A DNA stretch of 54,474 nt, counting the filler, from Sphacelaria rigidula (lineage: Eukaryota), in NCBI GenBank assembly GCA_964200075.2. It is 4 parts of 4 records of this genome, joined end to end, with 100 filler letters (N's around TTAATTAATTAA, not from the genome) between each part and the next. Parts side by side here need not be neighbours in the genome. Positions count along the whole stretch, not along the records: positions 27,289 to 40,831 come from CAXNAA020002818.1; positions 40,932 to 54,474 come from CAXNAA020002819.1; 2 more parts are not named here. The stretch is one strand, 5' to 3'. Made by a program: the position numbers and the translations under genes. The notes below the pieces were generated by a model. The model ran no database searches. It saw only the letters and a program-made list of their open reading frames with translations, and was not told the DNA's origin. Positions 35,885 to 47,054 of this stretch are shown here, in pieces. The number at the start of each line of letters is the position of its first letter. Positions within the stretch are counted from its first letter, which is position 1.

Positions 35885-36431
35885 ATCACCTGAAGATATA
35901 CGGGGGGTTGAGAGAGGGGATCGGGACGAAAACAGATCTGCATGGCCCAACTGACGCGGCGAAAATTTTGAAACTTCGATTTCGGTTGGGTGACCTGGAC
36001 CTGCGGGGGAAAATAAATAGATATACTAGTAGTCGAGAAGAGGAGGAGGTAGATGCACAGAATTGCCCCTGTGGCAAAGCAATAGAGGGTATAACTCATA
36101 TAGTGGCAGAATGTGAACTATACAAGGAGGAACGGCACGCGCTAGAGGGGGAAATGAGGGACGTGAACGAATATAGCATGAAACTCTTTGACGCACGAGA
36201 CAGTGGCGAGAAAACGATTGCTATACTATGAGATGGATGGTGGCCACGGACGGCGAAACAGGACGGGGATAAGACCTGTAAAAGTAGTTCTGTACCGTAT
36301 AAAAGAAACGAAACGAGCACCTAAATATTGGAGGTGTCTCTATCAGGAGTAGGAGCGGTGCTCCGTCTCGAAAGGGATGCGTGGTCCATGGTCAAACGAC
36401 TCAGGCAAGCAACAAATGAGTAGTCCTCCCC
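35885..36431 (+). mobile_element. 3' fragment of the same LINE family
   Basis: HLKIYGGLREGIG..LRFRLGDLDL..NCPCGKAIEGITHIVAECELYKEER, ending GCAACAAATGAGTAGTCCTCCCC. Confidence 0.85.
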
Positions 36432-36442
36432 GATGAATAATG

Positions 36443-36549
36443 GCGAGCCTGGTCCGGCGAAAAACCAGGCGTGCTCCGTCCCGACTTTGTAAGGATGCGA
36501 GGTCAACGATCACATGACTACGGCATTTGATCATGACTACACCACCCCC
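36443..36549 (+). mobile_element. 3' fragment of SINE-like family A, immediately after the LINE tail
   Basis: GCGAGCCTGGTCCGGCGAAAAACCAGGCGTGCTCCGTC..GATGCGAGGTCAA..TGATCATGACTACACCACCCCC matches 45863-45970. Confidence 0.75.
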
Positions 36550-36645
36550 GTCGGAGGGATGTGCATCTGGGTCTCAAGAAGACTACGGCACTCTTGGTCT
36601 TATGGAAACATTTCAAGGGTCGGACAAATAATTATTCGTCTTATA

Positions 36646-36852
36646 GCCTCTGCCAGACGATCTGGACAAGAGGATTATCCACGAGGGACTCCTCCAGTAG
36701 CACTAGCCTCGTGCTCAACAAGTCCTTTCCTCCCATTCGTTATTACCTCGGAGTAAACAGCTGCGGCCTGTACCGTCAGCCATGGGGTACACAGCAAGGG
36801 TCATCATCCACAGGATGTCGTTGTCCCCTGGTCATCATCCAAGATCCTTCAT
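36646..36852. repeat. Direct repeat, candidate LTR segment (copy 1)
   Basis: About 11 mismatches in 207 nt (counted by eye) versus 40625-40831. Confidence 0.8.
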
Positions 36853-38304
36853 GCTACATTTACTACGCCTTGGTATATTCTGGCTACAGCACCCCCAAAG
36901 CGAGTTCAAGACAAACGAACGAGCTTGACAACCGACAAAAAACCAAGGCGAATTCGCATGCTCCGAATCACAAAGAAATGCCATACTCCGACGCTATTTC
37001 ACTTGTCAGCGCCCGACTTAACCTCAGTTTACGCAATTCCTGCGCAACAAATTCAGGCGTAGAATAATATATTTTCCGAACAAACTTTTACGTACTTTCT
37101 TCAGCACCGAACCCATCTCAATCGACCAAAACAATGACATGACCAGTGCTTCAGAACCATTCGACCAATGGGTATACGCAACATCAAATGGGTGTTGCAC
37201 CTCCAGCGCGTCGCTCAGCTGCGCGATTCTTGTACTTGGTTCTCGAAGTGCGTGGCGGTATCACTAACCCACACACGCCGCACCCCCAAACTCTTGCACC
37301 ATTGTATGGCCAAAAACGGGCCACGGGCAAGGATCAGTTTTTCATACGTGCATAATTGTTTTGATCCTCAACCACACGAAAACTCGTGTGATCTCTGCTC
37401 ACAGACACCAAGCCTACACATTCAGTAGTTTCAGCTCATTTTCACGTCATCAGCAGCAGTTACCGTCTCCTACAGTCAGTACGAGCTTCATTTCATTCAT
37501 CATTCAGCAGTATTCTGTTCACTGCCTCACCCTGACGGTCGTCAGACACCATGCACGCTAGTAGCATTCGAGCGGAAATTCCACACATGCATGCCAAGAT
37601 CCCACTCAGCATACGAGAATTTGTACCTGCACGCCAATATTTGACTCAGGAGCTGCAATGCAACCCGTGTTGCACAAACCATGCATCATGTATGCTATTC
37701 AGAGCAGCACAACACACGCATACCAAATTCCACGCGTACACCGGCATTTTCCAGCGAACGCAACCCGAGCACCCCAGCTCCACTGTCATGTTTCATGCGC
37801 GAACAGCAACACAAATATGACCCAAAAAGCACACTATAACAACCGTTAATCGTCAAAAACGATTCGGAAATACCAGTCATCATGTGTGTCCTCATGCTCA
37901 ACAAGCACCCTCACAAGTGCTTGCTCCTCAACAATATTCAACCCGGAGCTCACCACGATATCACTCATCTCAAGTGATCCCCGCTTTGTAGGCTTCCAGT
38001 CAGCTCCTGCGAAGTAGCAGCACTGGAACCACTACCTTCTGCACACCATAGAGCAACAGTTCCTCTCGTACGGTAGCTTCTAGCAGCCACATCTAGCACT
38101 CCCATGATGCATCTCAGCATGGCACCAAACAGCATTTCCTGACTACCGAATCAATGCGACAAATACTCTGCCTCCACAGAAGATTGCGCATCGACGACTT
38201 CCCCTGTTTCAGTCGCTTTTTTAGGCGAAACGAGAGGTGGAACGGGAAAAACCATACAGTCCCGCTCTCGAGGGCACTACACCATCCTCATTAGGCACCT
38301 GACC

Positions 38305-38563
38305 TGAGTGATGCTACGGTAGGGGTACACAAATATTTTCTGAGGTCAGAATTGTTAGGAGCCCCTTCTCTCACACAAAACACGACTTATGAAAATATGC
38401 GAGAGTACGCCAGGATTACCACTCCAATGTGCTGGGGATATCCCGAATGAATTTGCATACGGGGATGCCCTGACCCATATTTTTGTTCATCTAGACTCGT
38501 GAGGAGCCCCTGAACTAGACATGATTTCGCGAAAAAAGTGCACCCCTACCGTAGCATTGCTCA
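38305..38563. mobile_element. MITE with 26-bp TIRs inserted in the integrase remnant
   Basis: TGAGTGATGCTACGGTAGGGGTACAC ... GTGCACCCCTACCGTAGCATTGCTCA. The direct repeat CACCTGAC at 38296 and 38562 resembles an 8-bp (hAT-type) target duplication. Confidence 0.7.
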
Positions 38564-40624
38564 CCTGACATCATGATATGAGCAATATCACGCATCATTC
38601 GCTTGCATTTACAATGGGACACCGACGAATTGACCATCCGAAATCTACGATCCGTCAACGCCTTATTGAACGCTCTCACCGCACAATTCTTCACTTGCCA
38701 TCCCGTATCGGCGACCCATACCTCCGGCGACCCCATCGCTTGTGCTTTGAACCATGTCAGAAAATATTCCACCTTCTTCGCCTCCACACTAGACTTTGCG
38801 GGCTCCAACCACACGAAGTTGCTCACATTGTCTTCGATCACCAAATTATCTTGGACCGGATCTCCTCCGTCCAAGCCACCATTTTCCAGCTGACCACTCG
38901 CTCCATCTCTGAGGATATTCACTAAATTTCATCACCTTCTCCGGGCGTGTACCATACACCTTATCCCCACCATGCACCATATCCTCGTGGGGAGGGGGAA
39001 TGTGCGCCCACACCTCGGATTCGCTCACCCGTCAGGAGCAAAAATATTTCGGCATTTCCAATGCAACTCTCTCCAAGCTTGACTGCAAACTGCAGTTGAT
39101 TAATTGATTGATTGATTGATTGATTGTCGCACTTTCACTGACCCCCCCGGCAGTATAGTAACGCTACCAAAACTGCAACGCACGAAGCTTGCCACCCGGC
39201 ATTCACAGGATCGTTGCAATTGGGCTGGGCTTTCGCAGCCGTCGTCTGTAGCTTTGGCTGCACCCTCATGGGCGGTACGGCTCCACTCTCAGGAGCTTCC
39301 TCTTCCTTTTCACCTGTATCCTTCTTGATTTCACTTTGAAACGACCACTCAGGGACGATCACCCGCCTAGCCGGAAGATAACTAGGGTTGTTCACACCGG
39401 TCTGCTCCGGCACAGCACGCGGGCGTAACTTTTCCGAAGCCAGCGGATACAATCTACCCCGAGTTCCTTCATAGTCGCCATGCAAAACAACACAACGTCA
39501 TTGTTGCCAGGCATGATCGCGAAAGTGATTGGCGACATCTCCACAGCACCCCACGGCGTTCGCGCGCTTACAGCAATAGGCACTGTTTTATGAGGAATAG
39601 TCACGGGCGCACCCGTGGCGCTCTGTGCCGTTTGCGGTCCATTTTCAAATGGTAGCTGTAGCTGGGCGCATCCAAACTGTGAAGACATCTGTTGCAGCAA
39701 CCCCACACTTACTGATGTGAGTGCTGATTCAGAGTCGAGAAAAACGCGAGCCATAAATGAACCAACAGAACCGGGTATAGATATATCGGCGCGCAAGCAT
39801 TCTGCGCTACGGTCGACAGGCACCACTCTTCCCGAAGAAAAACTCTGGTTGTCACCTAGAGTCACTTGACGCCAAGGCAGCGCTCTAGCACTGGACATCG
39901 GTGCTTTCACATTCGTCGCAACAGGGAAAAGTACACCAGCATATACGAATCCTGCCGGGCCTAGGGGTTGCGAGCCTTCCGTTCCAGCACTCCCCACCGA
40001 AGTATTACCTCCCCCCGCATATCTTAGCCGCCCCGACACAGATGAACCTAGAGATCTAGCGTCATCACTTGAAAACGCACTTGAGGATACAGTAGCGGCG
40101 GAATTGCAATTCTCCGTCGCTTGGTTTCGTTTTTGGCCCCTGCCTCTGCATCCGTATCTCTGGTTACTCCGACCTTGTCCGCCACAACGGCCGCTTCGAG
40201 ATCTTGACCTATCTCGCGCATTTCCTTGCGCTGCGCCTTTAGCGCGAGGCCTGGGGCAACTTCTTAAAATATGCCTATGGTCTCCACAATTGTAACATGG
40301 GCGAGCAAACAACGCTCGCGAAGTCGGCAGCTGTTTCTGTTGCTTACGCTCGTCATACTTTGACGTTTCTAACGGTTTATCGCAAACCAGCGGCATCGTT
40401 GCCGCTTGAGCCATGTTCTCTATGACTCAAAAATCACGGATAGAGTCTTACCTTACTTGAGCGTCCCTCCAGCGGAGTGTCCCTCTAGCGGAGTGTCCCT
40501 CCAAACGCTGTGCGCTGTAAGCTGTCTTCCGTCTGCGGGCTGAACTGACTCTATGCTGCAGCCCAATGTCTTCTCAGCCAAAACTCCTCCAACAGAGTGC
40601 CGAAAGAAATATCTAGATAGTTTG

Positions 40625-40831
40625 GCCTCTGCCAGATGATCTGGACAAGAGGACTATTCACGAGAGACTCCTCCAGTAGCACTGGCCTCGTGCTCAACAA
40701 GTCCTTTCTTCTCACTTGTTATTACCTCGGAGTAAACAGCTGCGGCCTGTACCGTCAGCCATGGGGTACACAGCAAGGGTCATCATCCACAGGATGTCGT
40801 TGTCCCCTGGTCATCATCCAGGATCCTACAT
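40625..40831. repeat. Direct repeat, candidate LTR segment (copy 2, cut by the contig end)
   Basis: Matches 36646-36852. Confidence 0.8.
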
Positions 40832-40931
40832 NNNNNNNNNNNNNNNNNNNNNNNNNNNNNNNNNNNNNNNNNNNNTTAATTAATTAANNNNNNNNNNNNN
40901 NNNNNNNNNNNNNNNNNNNNNNNNNNNNNNN
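40832..40931. other. Artificial 100-nt contig linker
   Basis: Same N/TTAATTAATTAA/N structure as at 13546. Confidence 0.97.
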
Positions 40932-42119
40932 GGAAGAGTTTGAATGCACAAACGATTAAAAGCCCATAACGGACTTTACTTATGGGACAGAGGAAGTATA
41001 TACTGTATACAAGTCTGATTTGAAATCCGTGCGCGCGGGGTCGGGCCGGCAGGTAGAGAACCCTGCACAAGTTCGCCGTGTACTACCGGGACGGGGCCCT
41101 ATTTCAGTAGCAATCACTTGCGATGTGTAGGTGTGTGCTGTGACGGGTCTAGTGCGTGATGGTGTTTTTTCCACCTCCGCACACGGTCCGTGAAGCGAGC
41201 TGTTCATGCTGGAAGTGCCCACTGCTCTTCCCGCTACTCTTGGTCTGAGACATTCGAAACTGCGAAATGTGACAGTACGAGTATCTACTGGGAGGTGCAT
41301 ATTCTCCCACACAATTGTCTCCATAATATGAAAAAGGAATAACACTGCTATATTTTCGACTTGCGTCACCCCCGGGAGGCCAGTATCAACCTCCCGAAGG
41401 GGAACCTTGTATATATGTATGATACTGCTTGCTGTCTGTGTGTACGTGGTGTACCACCCCTCGCTCCGCTACATCTAGTACAGCGGTCGGTGTTGCAATT
41501 AAGCGTGCATTTGCCCTGGGTGGCCCACGCAGGAATAATGGGCCGCCTCTGCCGCTTTAATTCCTGCCTGTATCTTGAGTGGAGCTGTATGGTAACACAG
41601 CCGCTATGGCGCGCAAACCGGCTTTAACAATTCATACCGTGTGGAGATTTCTACACTGTCTTGAAGTGATACTGCGCGCAATTTCCACTACGAGTATTGC
41701 GCACATCGCAATAGGCAATAGCTTTCATACTGAGCACAGTACATTTTTCTAAATTGTGTACTGACTGTAGAAAGCTCTTGTCTAGGGTGTCATACATTCC
41801 CACACATATTAGGCGGTGAGATCGTGAAATAACCCACAGCACATGGCCGAAGTGGAAGTGAGGCAATCACCGAAATATTCGTGCAAAGCCTGTGTGGCCG
41901 TACTTTGAGCTGATAAGGCTAAAAGAACACCAGTGCAAAGGCCATTCCGGCTGCCGGCATGTTTACACGGCCGTCCCGGTAGTGATGGACCTGTCTGCAC
42001 CGGGATGTCGCCCCCAGTGTCAGGTACGCCGGCAAGGGTCCGTGATACTACCCACTGGTCGCGCGACAGGAGCTTAACCTTCGACTTTCGAGATTTTTGA
42101 AGCGGAAATGTTCAGCTAC

Positions 42120-42400
42120 CAACCCCGCCATGAACAGGCTTTTGTGGTTCGGGTTCCTGTTTGAAGGTTTCCACGATCTTGAAAAGGCTTTTGTGGTTCG
42201 GGATCGACACCCCGCGGAAAACAGCCAGTTTAGGCGACTTTCGGTGGCCAGAACACGCGCCACAGGTATCAGGTGACACCCAAACCTGAACGGTAATGTA
42301 CCGCTGCGCCTTCTTCGTTCGCTGCAAAAGAAAGCGCGGGATAAAATGCTTCGCTGCCAGAGAAAGCTTGGCAAAAGTAGTGAAGATGTGAAATGATACA
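42120..42400. repeat. Dispersed repeat family E (copy 1)
   Basis: High similarity to 44712-44996 (CCATGAACAGGCTTTT..GGGATCGACAC..CGCGCCACAGGTATCAG..GGTAATGTACCGCTGCGCCTTCT). Confidence 0.85.
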
Positions 42401-44264
42401 TGTATACAAGGTTCCCCTTCGGGAGGATGGTACGGGCCTCCCGGGGGTGACGCAAGTCGAAAGTATAAAAAAATACTTCGTATGCCTTCTCAGTGTGCTG
42501 CAAAAGGAAGCGTGGTGAGACATGTGAAATGATACATGTACATGATGCATATGGGATGAATAAAGGGAGAAAAAGCGCGCGAGTCATCGCCTTGTCCGCG
42601 ACGATCGAGCAGGTATATATTGCCCTCCGCGAAAAAAAAACAGACGTGGACAAACAAACACAACTGATGAAGGAGCCTTCAATAATATAGAACAATGTTT
42701 TCGTGAGATTAAGAGTAGAGGATACGATTGAGAATGAGAAGCGGTCGATGGGTGATTTAATCGTTTCAGTTCCGAAATACCCCGCCGCGAGGCCCGATAT
42801 GATTTCTGTAGTAGCATGCCACTGACGCCCTTGATATCCCTGAGTAGGATATCGATATGTAACTATAAGCACAAGCTAGTGATGGAGGCAAAGAAAAGCA
42901 CGCACGGAACAAAAAAATGGGCAAGTTAGATCGAATTATCAAAGCCACTCTCAATCAGCGCTCTACTCTCAGTCTCACGTTGTTACAGGTCACGACTTCG
43001 AATGCGCACCTTTGGCCGCAATTCACCCATCATATCATATACCCGCATTTTCTAATGTGATGATTGGTACTCGATTTTACTTGATTTCAGACTGAAGATA
43101 GTTCTGAGAAAATCCATGATTTGGGGCAGGTGAGCAGTGATGAGCAGTAGACCCAGGTCGTCCAGAACGTGTTTTGATCCAAAATCGGCTCAAAGGCGTC
43201 GATTTCAGCTCTCGAAAGGCGTCGATTTCCGCTCTCGCAACGCACGCTTTACTTGAAGCCTTCATTACGGACATATGAAAAGAATTGGAGAAGGTCTGAA
43301 TTTCAGGCAATCGCCTAGGGCTCGTTGTTACAGTGTCTGAATCTACTGTTGCTGTTAGATATCTCACTGCAGATGGTGCTGATCTCGTCGTTTGCTTGCC
43401 TTCACCGGCAAAATAAGGGTTATGCTACCTGCGGTGTATGGCGTTCATAACTGTGGCAAATATATTTCTCACAACCTCTCTGTGACACGCGGGGGCAGTC
43501 GGACAGGCTAGGGCGTGATCGACCGGCTCTCTCGGGATGCTGCAGGAGCACACATGAGTAAAAATACCGACTGTAGAAAGTGCCGTGCATAGATTGCAGC
43601 ATGCTTGCTTTCTGTGAGTTATATGCGCAGATACACCAAATAAAACCACCAGCTTTACACTTTTTAGACGGTGCAGTAGCGTACACTCTTAGCAGCACTG
43701 CAGGCAAGTAGGTAGCTACTGGATTGTTGCTGCTCTTCACTTCGAAAGTGCATATGTCTGCAACGACGACCACCGTGCTTGGCCCCAACAGCTCCAACAC
43801 CGCTGCCGGGGCACACACCGTCTAAGAAAATAGACACCGCCAATCCGCGGTGCTTTTCAGTCTACGACATAGCCCAAGGTGTCACTAGCAAGGTTCCTGA
43901 TGATTCCCGCATGCTTGCGAGCGCCACGGCGTCCGCCAAGGGCAGCTCTGCGGAGTATTGCGCTGGGGTCCGAAATATTTGGCCGAAACGTGAAGGCTTG
44001 GCGGGAAAATCTAGCCGCGTCATTTTCGGAGAAGGCCAAGCGCCAAGTGCGAAAACGCCTAAAATCTTGGTGATCTCCAAAAACACTGTGTCGATAATAA
44101 CAGCCCTTAGCCCTGAGACCGCGATGCGGGTAGTCCATCTGGATCACCGCTATTGGACGTGAAATTGATGCCGATTCAGCCGGTGACCTACCCTCGCAGT
44201 CAAAGGGTTAAGAAGCACTCTGCACCCCCCTTGCCCGAGAGTTCTCGGTATGCCTTGGTCGATG

Positions 44265-44290
44265 TTAGGGTTAGGGTTAGCGTTAGGGTT
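44265..44290 (+). repeat. Short interstitial telomere-like (TTAGGG)4 tract
   Basis: TTAGGG TTAGGG TTAGCG TTAGGG TT. Confidence 0.75.
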
Positions 44291-44711
44291 CGTGGCATCT
44301 CCATAGTACCAACCATTGTCTACGTTCATTTCTTCAGGTCCCCTCTGCTAAGTACTTGTGTAGGGGTGTATCCTTGTCACAAGGACATATCTGTCATCCC
44401 TGTCACAAGGGCATCCCTGTGCCGGTACTTCAAAGCTGTATCCTTTGAGGGAACCCTCTCTTACGGGTTGCATGGTCACAGGGATTTCGTCACCCCTGCA
44501 CTGATCCTCCACAGCTGGCCAACAGTGAGGACGTTTGCCGACGTGCGTGCCTTGTTCAGCTCGCCAACAGCTCATTGCACGGTCTTGTTTTTGCTACTGA
44601 CTAAGGCGAAGGCAATGTTCAATTGTTCCCAGGTGCTTTGCTCTCATGTTCTCGTGACATTCGCTGCATAACCGCTGTCTTTGTGCTCCCGAATCAACGA
44701 GAACGCAAACT

Positions 44712-44996
44712 AATACCCCACCATGAACAGGCTTTTGGTGTAATGGTTCCTGTTTAAAGTTTTCCATCATCCTGAAGAGGCTTTTGTGGTTCGGGATCGA
44801 CACCGCAAAAAAGAGCCAGTGTGGGCGACTTTCGATGTCCAGAGCACGCGCCACAGGTATCAGATGACACCCAGACCTGAAAGGTAATGTACCGCTGCGC
44901 CTTCTCCGTGCACTGCAAAAGAAAACGCGTGATAAGATGCCCTGCCGCCAGATAAAACTTGGCAAAAGTGGTGAAAAATGCGAAATAATACATGTG
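44712..44996. repeat. Dispersed repeat family E (copy 2), followed by (TA)n(TG)n
   Basis: Matches 42120-42400. Confidence 0.85.
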
Positions 44997-44997
44997 C

Positions 44998-45029
<32 letters not shown>

Positions 45030-45640
45030 CTGCTAGAATGCATATACTAAGGATGTGGATCAGGGAATAGGGGATATCGACACATCATTACGGTACATCG
45101 TGCCAACCCCCGTGCGTAGAGGATATTACGAGATGGCATGACATCATTGGTGGGGTATTGATACTGTGATCTATGAAATATCAGGCCCACTCTGACGCCT
45201 GGTGGACATCCCTGATTCATATAAACCCGTTGCTTGCTGACGGCCACAAAACGTTTGTCGATAATCGATAAAATGCCTTCTGCAAGGCCAGTTTCTGCAC
45301 GATTCTGTCACAATTATTAGCACCGTCAGGTTTGTCGGGAAAATGGTCTTCGAATGACGTGCCTAGCGCAGAAATCTTGAACCGGCCAGAACCCGGAGCT
45401 CCAAACAACAGCAGCAGTATCTTGAGCCCCATTCGAACGACCGGATAGGTATGTCGGCCCCGCTTCGAAGGACCGAAGCGATTCCTTGGCCTCGCATCTC
45501 CATACGGCTGGTTTCGGCTAGCCGACTAGGTAATAGTGACACCGTTGTTCCATACAATGGCAGATATCTCAACTTCACTGAATCACCCTGGTCAGGACAA
45601 GAACCTCACGATCCCCCCCCACCCACCCACCCACCCTTTT

Positions 45641-45980
45641 GTACCACGTGATGTTTGAGTGGCGAGACGCCCATAAGGCAGTGTGTAAGCCGTGGTTGTC
45701 CATGGAAGTGGCTTTGCCAGAAAATTAAGCAACTCATCCGAAGCTGTCATCCAAATGCAAGAAAATCAATACGCTTCGGGCGGAACAATCTTAGCAGGAT
45801 GCAGCTCATCGTTCATGCGACTCGCCGAACACAACACGGCGCTTCGCGCTTGGTTATTGAGAGCGAGCCTGGTCCAGCGAAAACCCGGCGTGCTCCGTTC
45901 CGGTTTGTCGGGATGCGAGGTCAATGGTTTCATGACTGTGGCATGGATGATCATGAGTACACTCTCCCCATACCTCCCTT
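45641..45980 (+). mobile_element. Most complete copy of SINE-like family A (~330 bp)
   Basis: GTACCACGTGATGTTTGAGTGGCGAGACGCCCATAAGGCAG...GGGATGCGAGGTCAATGG..TGATCATGAGTACACTCTCCCC, preceded by a C-rich tract at 45613-45636. Confidence 0.78.
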
Positions 45981-47054
45981 CGCGCGAAATGTTACCTCGT
46001 TCACGTCCAGAGACTTCTCATGAAAGATTATGGCTGTTTGAAGGTTGGTCTTACCTGTACATGTTCACTACCGACGCTATCGTTTATGATTTTTTCATAT
46101 ATATTTACCGTCCACCTTTCTCGGGACAAGTTCGCAGTATGCAGGCATCAAGCCATCGTTCCCCTAGTACCTGGCCGTCAATAAAAATCCTATCGAGCAT
46201 TGAATCATGGCCATCAACACTACCGCAGGCCGTCGACTTTCGTCGCGTGTTTGTCAACTCACGCACGCCCTCACGCTTTCCACGACGAAAATAAAAAATC
46301 ATCCATTTCTACGGTCGGAACACAAATCTAGCTATCCGACTGAGCTGGCCGATGATACATTGAATCACTGTGACCAACGGCACGCAGCGGTCATGCTAGA
46401 TGAAAAAGAAAAGAAAAAAAAAATTATAACGAAAATGGGCACAATCAATATCGTTTCAGCCACAATCAATGAGAAGGTACACTTACAAGAACCCCATGAT
46501 ATCCTGCTTGCGAGCGCTTCTGGGGGAACTTAGTTGTTTTTCATACGCTGACGCTTCTGTACGATCAGGCTTCTCTCATGGTTATGAGATCATTGGATCG
46601 TCAGCGCCAAAGACTTACACCAGAACATGGGACCGTTGTAGCACAAGTGTCAGGAGCTGCTGATTCCCGAAGAATTCGGGCATCGTGTCGTGCTTGCAGG
46701 TTTGAACCCACGCCCCACAGGTGTGCACCTCCAGCTATAAATGGGAGTATAACGTGAATGTGCATGGAGCGCTGTGAATTTTGTCATCACGGTGCTTGAT
46801 ATGTAGCTTTGCCTTGTCGAGGGCATGCTTCTACCCGGTGTTCCTCGGGTTCGAATGAAGAACCGAGTCGAGGATGAAGACACCCTGTAATGAAACGAAC
46901 TGGGCGTATGAAGCGAGGACTCGTGGACATTCGGGGTTCGGTTTCGTACATATTACCATGCAACACTTCGCATTTTCGCTATTTTCGTGCGGTCTTTTGG
47001 CTCCAGCTTGTTTCCCGTTTGGTACAGTCAGCGAATCCGAAGGCAGAGAACAGG

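Larger units (their letters stand above)
36646..40831 (-). mobile_element. Defective Ty3/gypsy-type LTR retrotransposon: gag zinc knuckle plus protease (40414-39392) and decayed integrase (~38920-38570); RT/RNaseH apparently deleted
   Basis: CCHC knuckle CYNCGDHRHILRSC. Aspartic protease-like VFLDSESALTSVS. Integrase-core-like LVIEDNVSNFVWLEPAK..PEVWVADTG. Flanked by 207-bp direct repeats (36646-36852 and 40625-40831). Confidence 0.75.

Noticed and set aside
42048..42872. 274-aa ORF
   Set aside because: It runs through several non-coding repeat families and has no domain signature.
44360..45215. Possible small hAT-like MITEs (44360-44498, 45047-45215)
   Set aside because: The TIRs are short or poorly matched and there is no target duplication.
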